A stretch of DNA of 64,000 bases from Patescibacteria group bacterium. GTDB lineage: Bacteria; Patescibacteriota; Patescibacteriia; 2-01-FULL-39-33. Shown here one piece after another: positions 28,461 through 36,989 of the stretch (positions are counted from its first letter, which is position 1; every line of letters starts with the position of its first letter). The stretch spans positions 38,734 to 102,733 of the forward strand of contig JBAZMW010000005.1 of assembly GCA_041649575.1 (NCBI GenBank), given 5' to 3'. The notes under the pieces are model-generated. The model saw only the letters and a list, made by a program, of their open reading frames with translations. It did no database searches and was not told where the DNA came from. The translations under genes were made by a program, and so were the position numbers.

Positions 28461-29849
28461 ATGTCAAACAAAACCGTAAAGCCAGAAATTCTGGGTGGCT
28501 TCCGCGATATGCTACCCAGGGACGCATTGATGTTGCAGGAGATAGTCGACATTGTCAGAAGGGTGTATGAATCCTTTGGCTTCTTGCCGCTGGAGACGCC
28601 CTGTATGGAACGGCAAGAGGTGCTGACGGGCGGCGATCCGCATTTCAACAAAACCATCTTCATTGCCCGCACTTTGCGCGGCACGGAAGACAGGGGCGTT
28701 GAGGAGAGCTGGGACAACGACTTCGCGCTGAGGTTTGATCTGACTGTGTCTCTGGCTCGGGTGGTGGCTGCCTATCCCGACTTGCTCAAGCCGTTCAAGC
28801 GCTACCAGTTGGGCAAGGTGTGGCGCGGCGAGAGCCAGCAGTCGGGGCGTTTTCGTGAGTTCTTTCAGTTGGACTTTGACACCATCGGTTCGCGTTCGCT
28901 CAACGCCGACATCGAGACCATCCAGGTGATTTACGAGTGCCTCAAGGAGCTCGGCATCGCCAACTTCACTATTCGGTTCAACACCCGTAAGGTTCTCAAC
29001 GGGTTGGCCCAGGTGGTGCAAGTGGGTGATCGGGCCAGGAATTTCTTCCGCATTCTCGACAAGCTGGACAGGATCGGCGCCGACGGAGTGAAGGCCGATT
29101 TGATGCGTCAGCCGGACAACGAGTTCGACGAATCGGCCGTGGCCTTGAGTGAGTCGGAAGCGGACAAGGTTCTGGGTTTTTTGTCCATCAAGGATGAACG
29201 ACCCGAGGACACCTTGGCACGGCTGGAGGAGTTTTTTGCCGGTGCTCAAGGCGATGGTCAGGAAGGTCTGGCCGAACTGCGGGGCATTGTCGAGGCGCTT
29301 GATCTCTTGGGCATTCCTCGCGCCAACTGGAAGCTGGATTTGTCGGTAGCCCGTGGCCTGGACTACTACACCGGGCCGGTGTTTGAGACGATACTCAATG
29401 ACTATCCGGAGCTCGGTTCGGTGGTCGGCGGCGGGCGTTTCGATGGCCTGACCAACCGTTTCATCCCGGACAGCAATATTGCGGGCGTGGGTGCCTCGGT
29501 CGGCGTGGACCGGCTGATCGTGGGTATGCAGAAACTCGGTCTGCTCAAGGCCAAGGACTCTCTGACTCAGGTGCTGGTCACCATCTTCGATCCCAAGTAC
29601 GAGCGCGAGTCAAGGGCGATGGCGGCCTACTTGAGACGTTTCGGAGTACGAACCGAGCTCTACCTGGGCGAGGATCGCACACTGCGGGCGCAGTTCGCTT
29701 ACGCCACCAAGAAGGGCATCCCGTTCGTCGTGGTTCTGGGCGAAGAGGAAATCGAGGCCGATAAGGTAGCCTTGAAGGATATGGCCAGTCGCAGCCAGGA
29801 GCTCTTGACAAGAGAGGAGGTTCTTGCTAAGCTGGCAAGAGCAGAATAA
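28461..29849 (+). CDS. hisS: Histidine--tRNA ligase (class II aaRS)
   Basis: Start at MSNKTVKPE (RBS AAGGAAAGG). ILGGFRDMLP N-terminal motif, GGGRFDGL (HisRS GGGRYDGL motif), C-terminal anticodon-binding domain. The tRNA-His gene follows. Confidence 0.85.
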   Translation: MSNKTVKPEILGGFRDMLPRDALMLQEIVDIVRRVYESFGFLPLETPCMERQEVLTGGDPHFNKTIFIARTLRGTEDRGVEESWDNDFALRFDLTVSLARVVAAYPDLLKPFKRYQLGKVWRGESQQSGRFREFFQLDFDTIGSRSLNADIETIQVIYECLKELGIANFTIRFNTRKVLNGLAQVVQVGDRARNFFRILDKLDRIGADGVKADLMRQPDNEFDESAVALSESEADKVLGFLSIKDERPEDTLARLEEFFAGAQGDGQEGLAELRGIVEALDLLGIPRANWKLDLSVARGLDYYTGPVFETILNDYPELGSVVGGGRFDGLTNRFIPDSNIAGVGASVGVDRLIVGMQKLGLLKAKDSLTQVLVTIFDPKYERESRAMAAYLRRFGVRTELYLGEDRTLRAQFAYATKKGIPFVVVLGEEEIEADKVALKDMASRSQELLTREEVLAKLARAE

Positions 29850-29870
29850 GACGCATGTTCGTTCTTAGGT

Positions 29871-29947
29871 GGGCATGTAGCTCAGTTGGCCAGAGCGCAG
29901 GGTTGTGGCCCCTGAGGTCGTGGGTTCGAGCCCCATCGTGCCCCCCA
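29871..29947 (+). tRNA. tRNA-His (anticodon GTG) with encoded CCA
   Basis: Acceptor GGGCATG/CGTGCCC, D-arm GCTC AGTTGGCCAGA GAGC, anticodon arm CAGGG-TTGTGGC-CCCTG (GTG at positions 34-36), T-arm GTGGG TTCGAGC CCCAT, discriminator C plus CCA. Position -1 is T rather than the usual encoded G. Confidence 0.85.
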
Positions 29948-29960
29948 GGCAATCCTAGGT

Positions 29961-29997
29961 CGTTTCCGAAGTTTCAGGAAACGGCCTTTCTTTTTTT
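29961..29997. terminator. Intrinsic terminator between tRNA-His and the thrS 3-prime end
   Basis: CGTTTCC-GAAGTTTCAG-GAAACG hairpin followed by GCCTTTCTTTTTTTTT. A second perfect 12-bp palindrome CACCGCTCCTAG/CTAGGAGCGGTG lies at 30012-30035. Confidence 0.55.
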
Positions 29998-30046
29998 TTG
30001 TTTTTAAATCACCGCTCCTAGCTAGGAGCGGTGGTTGGCTTTTATT

Positions 30047-31801
30047 TTATTTTTTTTCTTTGATTTCCATTTCTATCTCTTCGATAAACTGGGCCACTTT
30101 TTTGCTACCTAGGTCGCCCTCACCACGTTTTCTAATAGCCACGGCGGCGGCGGATTCTTCTTTCTCTCCAACCACTAAAATGTAAGGCACCTTTTCTTTC
30201 TCCGCGTTTCTGATTCTTTTGCCCAGACTCTCGTCGCTGTTGTCCAATTCGACGCGGACATTTTTTTTGAATAATTGGTCTCTAACTTTTTGGCCATAAT
30301 TGTTGAATTTTTCGGAGACGGGGATAATAACTGCTTGCACCGGAGCCAGCCAGGTCGGGAAAGCTCCTGCATAGCGTTCGATCAAAAAGGCCATGGTGCG
30401 CTCCAGGCAGCCGATAGAAGAACGGTGGATGACGATGGGCCGCTCATTTTTCCCTTCTTTGTTGGTGAAAGTTAGGTCGAAGCGTTCCGGCATAACAAAG
30501 TCATATTGGACAGTAAAGGCAGTTTCTTCTTTGCCGCCGGTTCTTTTCATTTGGATATCGATTTTCGGGCCATAGAAAGCGGCTTCGTTGGCGGCCTCAT
30601 AGAACGGAGCCTTAACTTCTATCAGAACCTCGCGCAAAACATTTTCGGCAAAATCCCAGGCATCGTCGTCTTTATAATATTTTTTGGTGTCCGAACGGTC
30701 GCCCAGAGACAGACGATAGCGATAGTCCACGCCCTTTTCCAGGCCCAGCGTCCCATTGATAAAATCAATAAGGTCGAGAACTTCCTTGATGACTTGTTTG
30801 GCCTGGTCTTTGGCAGCGATGATGTGGGCGTCGGCCAAGCAAAACATGCGGACACGGGTCAGACCGGACAATTCGCCGCTTTTCTCGTAGCGATATTGAT
30901 GAGCGATTTCGCCGATGCGGTAAGGCAGCTCGCGGTAGCTGTGCTTTTCGGATTTATAAAACATGAAATGATGCGGGCAGGTCATGGGCTTGAGGATCAA
31001 TTCTTCCTCATCGATTTTCATCACCGGATACATGGTGTCTTTGTAGTAAGGATAGTGGCCGGATTTTTTGTAGAGATCGACTTTGGCCAAATCGGGAGTG
31101 ACCACATGGTGATAACCGCGTTTTAATTCTTCGTCTATAGTAAAGCGCTCAAGCTCTCTTTTGATGGTGGCGCCTTTGGGGCCGAAAGTCGGCAGGCCTT
31201 TGCCAACAAGCTCGGAAAAGACGAAGAGCTTTAAATCTTGGCCGATAACTCGGTGGTCTCTTTTTTTGGCTTCTTCTTGCAGTTTTAAATATTCGTCCAA
31301 TTCTTTTTGGGTGGCAAAAGCAGCGCCATAAATCCGCTGGAGCATTTTATTTTTCTCATTGCCTCGCCAATAAGCGCCAGCGACAGATAATAGCTTGAAA
31401 ATCTTAACTTCGCCGGTGGACTTCAAATGGGGACCACGGCACATATTGGAGAAGTCGCCTTGCTCATAGAAACCAACTTCTTTCTCATCCGCTTGTTTCA
31501 GTTCTTTAGCCAACTCCGCAGTGTAGGTGTATTTTTTGCTTTTTAGAAGTTTGATCGCCTCATCAATCGGCAACAGCTTTTTTTCAATTTTTAAATCTTC
31601 TTTGACAATTTTTTTCATTTCAGCCTCGATGTCGGCCAGGTCGTCTTCGGTCACTTGATTTTGGGCTTCAAAATCATGATAAAAGCCGTTTTCAATGGCC
31701 GGGCCGACACCGGGAACGGCGCCATAAAGTCGTTCAAGCGCCTGCATCATGATGTGTGCCGCGCTGTGATTGAGGATTTCTTGCTGGTCTTGGTTATTCA
31801 T
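30047..31801 (-). CDS. thrS: Threonine--tRNA ligase
   Basis: HSAAHIM editing-domain motif, class II catalytic core, C-terminal anticodon-binding domain. 584 aa with no TGS domain. Confidence 0.9.
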   Translation of the reverse strand: MNNQDQQEILNHSAAHIMMQALERLYGAVPGVGPAIENGFYHDFEAQNQVTEDDLADIEAEMKKIVKEDLKIEKKLLPIDEAIKLLKSKKYTYTAELAKELKQADEKEVGFYEQGDFSNMCRGPHLKSTGEVKIFKLLSVAGAYWRGNEKNKMLQRIYGAAFATQKELDEYLKLQEEAKKRDHRVIGQDLKLFVFSELVGKGLPTFGPKGATIKRELERFTIDEELKRGYHHVVTPDLAKVDLYKKSGHYPYYKDTMYPVMKIDEEELILKPMTCPHHFMFYKSEKHSYRELPYRIGEIAHQYRYEKSGELSGLTRVRMFCLADAHIIAAKDQAKQVIKEVLDLIDFINGTLGLEKGVDYRYRLSLGDRSDTKKYYKDDDAWDFAENVLREVLIEVKAPFYEAANEAAFYGPKIDIQMKRTGGKEETAFTVQYDFVMPERFDLTFTNKEGKNERPIVIHRSSIGCLERTMAFLIERYAGAFPTWLAPVQAVIIPVSEKFNNYGQKVRDQLFKKNVRVELDNSDESLGKRIRNAEKEKVPYILVVGEKEESAAAVAIRKRGEGDLGSKKVAQFIEEIEMEIKEKK

Positions 31802-31944
31802 ATATTTTGTATTAATTTTAGAGTTTTTTTATGAATTGGTCAAATATTATAATTGTCAGAAAAGAAAAGCCTTGTTAAGATAATTATTGCTCGTTACGGA
31901 GCGCACTCTGCACGCTTGAGTCGAGTATGGCAGCGTCTACTCTG

Positions 31945-31990
31945 GCAGCGCGCACCAAGGGATGGGGTTTTCGATGAGAGAATCCCATCA
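31945..31990 (+). repeat. Boundary copy of the GC-hairpin repeat family, followed by a T-run
   Basis: CCAAGGGATGGGG..TCCCATC plus ATTATTTTTG. Preceded by a GGAGCGCACTCTGCACGC-type motif like the array units. Confidence 0.5.
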
Positions 31991-32037
31991 TTATTTTTGT
32001 TTAAATTTAGATATTTAAAAATTTTTAATTTTTAGTA

Positions 32038-32066
32038 TTGACAAAAATATTAATATATGTTAGGAT
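32038..32066 (+). promoter_or_regulatory. Putative promoter of the 226-aa orphan gene, with a ~130-nt leader
   Basis: TTGACA, 17 nt, TAGGAT. The leader contains the palindrome ATGACGCGTCGTCAT. The RBS GGTAGGAG precedes the ATG at 32196. Confidence 0.3.
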
Positions 32067-32195
32067 ATGGGGTCAATGACGCGTCGTCATCTGACGGGAC
32101 AGGCAACTGTGTTGTCCTGGCCAAAGCGAGGGCGGTTTGAGTCATTGAGGCTTAAATCGCAAGTGAGTATTTCAACAAGGTAGGAGTAACTAGTC

Positions 32196-32876
32196 ATGGC
32201 GAAAGTCAAGCCGGAAGTCGAGCCGGAAGTCAAGTCGGGAGAATCGAAATCGAAGGTAGTGAGAGTGAAAGTGGAGGGGGTTTACCCAATCCTCATGAAT
32301 CCCATGACCGAGGCCACGCTCGACAGCTTGATCACGGGCAATCGCCTGCCGCCGACCAAGGATTTGGCGTTCGAGGAGGTCGCGAGCAGGAAGATTTACC
32401 GTGAAGGCGGCGAGCCCGATGGCGCTATCGGTATTCCCGTGGAGAATCTGTGCTCCTGTCTGGTGCGGGCGGGACGCGAAGTCAAGAATGGCAAGAAGCA
32501 GATCAGCACGGCGGAAAGCACCACGCTGTTCTCATTTCTCTCCATTCGCGGCGAGTTCCTGCCGTTCACCAACGATCTGACCCGGCACGGCGACGGCAAG
32601 GGTTGGGTTGTCGACAAACGTCGCGGTTGCCTGCACGACAAGGGCAAATCCACGGCGGTCGGCATCCTGCGGCCGAAATTCCCCGTCTGGGCATTCGAGT
32701 TCGTCATGGACCTCGACTTGACCGAGATCGACGAGGGCGTCGTGCGGAAGCTTGTCGAGGTCGCGGGCAAGAAAGTCGGCCTGGGCGATTTCCGGCCCAC
32801 CTGCAAGGGGCCGTTCGGTCGGTTCCAGGTCGTGAGCTGGGAAGAGGCCAAGAAAGAAGTTCCGGCCGCGGCCTAG
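32196..32876 (+). CDS. Hypothetical protein (226 aa), first gene of the hairpin-array island
   Basis: GC-rich ORF with a good RBS and no motif recognised by me. Immediately followed by the hairpin repeat array. Confidence 0.55.
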   Translation: MAKVKPEVEPEVKSGESKSKVVRVKVEGVYPILMNPMTEATLDSLITGNRLPPTKDLAFEEVASRKIYREGGEPDGAIGIPVENLCSCLVRAGREVKNGKKQISTAESTTLFSFLSIRGEFLPFTNDLTRHGDGKGWVVDKRRGCLHDKGKSTAVGILRPKFPVWAFEFVMDLDLTEIDEGVVRKLVEVAGKKVGLGDFRPTCKGPFGRFQVVSWEEAKKEVPAAA

Positions 32877-32949
32877 CTCCGGTGTACATCATGTAACACG
32901 GCTACCCTGTCACGTGGGGTTTTCCAACCTCGTGCCAGGCACGCCGCAC

Positions 32950-34990
32950 CATGGGGCGGGAGAGCAGCAATGTTCTCCCGCCAGCACTTATACATTATTA
33001 TCAATGCGTGCCGATGCCACCAAAGGCACGGCTTGGTCCGGTGGCGTCCGCTGCTGCAATGAGCTGCATGGGGTGGGAGTTCGCAAGAATTCCCGCCAAC
33101 TAATCAATGCGTGTTATAATGAAAATAATAAATATTGATTAGTACATTCTTCTGCGTGTGGTGTTGTTTCGCTCGGTTGCGTAGAGCGTCGCATCGCATG
33201 GTCGACCTCACCACGGGGCGAGGGTTCATCGCAATCCTCGCCGACTAATCAGTGATTATTACGGTTTAATAATTAGTGATCAGTTCTTTTTCACAGTCCT
33301 TGGTGCGGCTAAGCTCCGCTCCGCGCAGTCCGCTCTGCTGTTGTTTGCCAGGGGGCGGGAGAGCAGAGATGTTCTCCCGCCAGAGTGTATCACCCATTTT
33401 CCCAACTGGCCAAGGCGTGGCCCGGCGGTGTGGGCAATGGTTCGGCTCGGGGCGGGAGTCCATCGCGACTCCCGCCAGCTAATCAATGGTTGTTAAAAAA
33501 TTTAGTAATTATTGATTAGTTCGTTTATAAATCATGATGTGGCTGGCCGTCGCATGTCTTAGTTGCGTATCGTGTAGCCGCGCTTTCCCTGGGGCGAGGA
33601 TTGAAATACATCCTCGCCAGCTAATCAATGTCCATTAATTAATTAGTGGTTATTGATTAGTACCTTTTCACTTTGACTCAGCTAGCCGCCGTAGCGCGGA
33701 GTAAGCTGCAGTGGGGCTCACCCCAGCTATGTTGAGCTCGCCATGGGGCGGGGATGGGAAACTGTCTCCGCCAAAACTACTATCACCGTGTCGTTGGGTC
33801 GGCTTCGGCTACCTTTGATCCGGCGAACCGGCGCAGAGCGTGGGGCGGGGATTGTAACAAATCCCCGCCAACTAATCAGTGTGTATTATGCAAATAGTAA
33901 ATATCGATTAGCTCTTTCTGGTCCTAGCATTCTTGGCCGCCGTGGTGTGAGGCACTGCAAGACGGAGCGGAGCTGCGCACGGGGCGGGAGGTAGCAATAC
34001 TCTCCCGCCAATATCTACCAAACACTTCTCAATGGCAGGGCTTTCCGGCGCGTAGTTCAGCCCCGCCAGGCGAAGCGTTCTGTTGCAAGGGGCGGGGGTT
34101 CAGTGATGTTCTCCCGCCGTACCTTTTGCTTTTTAGGCCGCCCAGAGCAGTCAGCGGTAGAGCCTGGTCCTCTGTGGCAGTCCATGGGCGGGAGTCCTCA
34201 CCCGGCTCCCGCAACTATTTATTGGCGTTTGTTCCTCGGCGGAGCTACGCAGCCTGCCGCATAGTTCGGCCAGGTGTAGCGACGCACTCCCTGGGGCGGA
34301 GGTCGGTAGTCATGATCTCCGCCGACTAATCAGTGTTCATAATAATTTGTGATTAATGATTAGTTCATTTGTTAGACGGTTATGCTCAGGCGCAGTTCCG
34401 CGGAGCAGAGTATAGCTCGGCAGACACCGGCGTACTTGTCCATGGGGCGGAGACGGGAAACTGTTTCCGCCGAGCGATCAACCAGCTTCGGCTGTCAGAA
34501 AAGGATAATCGGTATGACTGGTGGTATGGGCATGCACAAACATGGCACGAGCGGTCATGTGCATAATGACCAGCATTTCACTGGCAAGAAGGGCGGCAAG
34601 CGTGCTGAGCGGAAAGGAAAGACGCACAAACAGCGTCGCCTGAACCGCGGGACGCACAAGAACAGGTTCAAGGAAGACTAGCTGACATTAGGCCATGGTG
34701 CCGCGGAGCAAACATCTCTCCGGCATTGCGGGCTGTGGCGCGGGGCGGAAATCGGCAACGGTTTCCGCCATTAATCAATGTTTATTAAGAATTTAGTAAT
34801 TATTGATTAGTTTTAGTTCTTTCGGCAAAGCTGAGTAAAGCTGCCTGTTGTCCGCCGACGCACGGGGCGGGAGTTCGCAAGAATTCCCGCCAAGCACATC
34901 TCATCTTTGGCGGCATCGTTGGGCGCAGTATGGCTCGGCATGCTTTGCCAGAGTGCGGCGCGGAACGGAGATCGGTAACGGTCTCCGTTA
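32950..34990 (+). repeat. Array of 16 compound hairpin repeat units (GC stem-loop GGCGGGAG-N9-14-CTCCCGCC, 7 of them followed by an AT-rich hairpin with CTAATCAATG/CATTGATTAG arms)
   Basis: GC hairpins start near 32953, 33070, 33215, 33352, 33449, 33591, 33745, 33842, 33981, 34089, 34186, 34294, 34444, 34742, 34864 and 34964. All are in the same orientation, preceded by CCAWGG/CACGG. Loops vary. Stems show compensatory changes. No ORF over 2.2 kb except a 55-aa candidate. Confidence 0.8.
34514..34681 (+). CDS. Candidate small basic His-rich protein (55 aa) inside the repeat array
   Basis: MTGGMGMHKHGTSGHVHNDQHFTGKKGGKRAERKGKTHKQRRLNRGTHKNRFKED. SD-like AAGGA upstream. Occupies the one long (about 300 nt) gap between hairpins. 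Confidence 0.3.
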   Translation: MTGGMGMHKHGTSGHVHNDQHFTGKKGGKRAERKGKTHKQRRLNRGTHKNRFKED

Positions 34991-35013
34991 TTATATTTTT
35001 AATAAATTTATTG

Positions 35014-35042
35014 TTGACAATTTTAATATTTTTTGTTAATAT
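35014..35042 (+). promoter_or_regulatory. Near-consensus sigma70 promoter upstream of the helicase gene
   Basis: TTGACA (35014-35019), a 17-nt AT-rich spacer, TAATAT (35037-35042). The leader carries a 9-bp hairpin CAGGCCAAA/TTTGGCCTG. Confidence 0.5.
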
Positions 35043-35150
35043 ATGGTGTCAGGCCAAAATCAATAACAAGCAGTTCTTTGACACTTTGGCCTGTGAGAAT
35101 ATAGGAAATTGAAGAAGCGAAGTAAAACCAGGCGAGAAGGAAGACAAATC

Positions 35151-36938
35151 ATGAAACATCCGAAACATCTGGACCTTTGGAGTTGTTTCCCGCATGACTG
35201 TTATCCAAATATCTTGGATAATCAGAGGGACGCTCTCCGGGTCATCGAGCAGGAAGGCGGTTGCGCTCTATTGCAACTGCCGACCGGCTCAGGCAAGACA
35301 GCAGTGGGGTACGCTTTTCTCAAGGCCGTCTTGAAGAGGGCTGAGGGGCCGGTGTACTATGTCGTTCCCACCAAGACGCTGGTGGAGCAGGTCAGAAGGC
35401 TCCACCCCGACGTCAAGATCATATTTGGTCGAAACGAATACTCATGTCTGTTCTACCCCGATCAGGAGCTGAAGGCCGACGAAGTGCCTTGCTCGATGCT
35501 GCACGATTGCCCGCATCGCGTGGACCAGGAAACTGGCCAGACCGCTGTGCCCGGCGTCAAGCCCTGTCCTTATTTGCAGAAGAAGTGGGAGGCGAGCCAA
35601 GGCGGTATCGTGGTTTGCACTACGGCGTTCTTTCTCTTCACCCACTTGTTCGCCAGCGAAGACGCCAAGCCGGCAGCGCTGGTGATCGACGAAGCCCATG
35701 GCATTGCTCATACGGTTCGCGGTTGTCTCTCCTACGAGATTACCGACTACCATCTTGGGCGGGCGGTGGAGCTACTACGGCCAGTGGACAACGAACAGGC
35801 CGAGCGACTTGACGCTTTCTTGCGGACGATGGTTCGTATCATCAAGAAGAAGGCGTCTGGCGAGCGGCAGATCATCGAGGATGAGGAGGTCGCCAAGCTG
35901 CTGGATAAGCTCAAGCAGATCAACATCACGCGACTGGGAGAAAAGGTGCGCCAGGCGATTAGGCAGGGAGTAATCGACGCCAAAGCGGAACGCGAAACCC
36001 TGCGTCGGCTGGAGATTGTCTTACGCGACTTGTCGCATTATGCCCGATCGCTCGAATACTCCCGGCCTAACGAGAAGCGTAACGCCCTCAACTACACCTA
36101 TGCGTTTTGGAGCCAGGAGCGCGCCGAAGGCGAGCGGGTGAAGTACCGTCTGTTCATCAAGTGCTACTATGTGGCGCCGCTCATACGGCGGATGTTGCCG
36201 GAGATGACTGTGGCTTACTCGGCGACCATCGGCGATCCCGAAGTGTTCGGTTTCGAGACTGGCATTGAGGCGCCGTTTCACAGCTTCGGTTCGGACTTCC
36301 CGGTTGGCAAAACGCAGATTTTTGTGCCGACCGATACGCCGAATTTGGCCGTCAACGTTCGTGGTCGTCAGGATCGCACCAGGGCGCTAAGGAGGATCGC
36401 CAAGGCCTGCCGCCGTTTTGCCGATCAAGGCAGGCGGTCGCTGGTGGTGGTGATCTCCAACGAGGAACGCGCTAAGTTCCTGACGCTCGCCGGCGAGGAA
36501 GGCGTCGCAGCCGTCAGCTACGGTAATGGCGTCAAGCCAAAAGACGCGGCCCTGAAGTTCAAGGAGGGTGAGGGTGATGTCTTGGTTGGCACAGCGGCCA
36601 ATTACGGAGAGGGCTTTGACTTACCCAAGGGCATCGCTCCGGTCATCTTCTTTCTCCGGCCAGGATTTCCGCATCCGCACGATCCGGCGACAGTGTTTGA
36701 GGAGAGGCGATTCGGCGGCATGCGTTGGCGGATCTGGAATTGGCGTGTGATGATGGAGGCCTTGCAGGTGCGGGGTCGCAACATCAGAAGCGCCGAGGAT
36801 GTGGGCGTCTGCTTCTTCATTTCCCAGCAGTTCCGGCGGTTCGTTTTCGCCGCCCTGCCCGACTGGTTGCAGCCGGCGTATTGTGGCGATAAGGACTGGG
36901 AGGAGTGCCTTGAAGAGGCGGAGCGATTGCTTTCCTAG
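35151..36938 (+). CDS. XPD/Rad3/DinG-family Fe-S DNA helicase (superfamily 2, DEAH)
   Basis: Walker A LQLPTGSGKT, motif Ia YYVVPTKTL, four Cys between Ia and II (C-SCLF..PCSM..DCPH..KPCPY) as in the XPD/DinG Fe-S domain, motif II LVIDEAHG, motif VI QVRGRNIRSAEDVGV. Start at ATG 35151 (RBS GAAGGAAG); the track start at 35109 is TTG. Confidence 0.8.
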   Translation: MKHPKHLDLWSCFPHDCYPNILDNQRDALRVIEQEGGCALLQLPTGSGKTAVGYAFLKAVLKRAEGPVYYVVPTKTLVEQVRRLHPDVKIIFGRNEYSCLFYPDQELKADEVPCSMLHDCPHRVDQETGQTAVPGVKPCPYLQKKWEASQGGIVVCTTAFFLFTHLFASEDAKPAALVIDEAHGIAHTVRGCLSYEITDYHLGRAVELLRPVDNEQAERLDAFLRTMVRIIKKKASGERQIIEDEEVAKLLDKLKQINITRLGEKVRQAIRQGVIDAKAERETLRRLEIVLRDLSHYARSLEYSRPNEKRNALNYTYAFWSQERAEGERVKYRLFIKCYYVAPLIRRMLPEMTVAYSATIGDPEVFGFETGIEAPFHSFGSDFPVGKTQIFVPTDTPNLAVNVRGRQDRTRALRRIAKACRRFADQGRRSLVVVISNEERAKFLTLAGEEGVAAVSYGNGVKPKDAALKFKEGEGDVLVGTAANYGEGFDLPKGIAPVIFFLRPGFPHPHDPATVFEERRFGGMRWRIWNWRVMMEALQVRGRNIRSAEDVGVCFFISQQFRRFVFAALPDWLQPAYCGDKDWEECLEEAERLLS

Positions 36939-36989
36939 TATCACGGACTGGCTCGCCATGGCTGCGCCTTGCTTGCCACTGCCTGCCGT

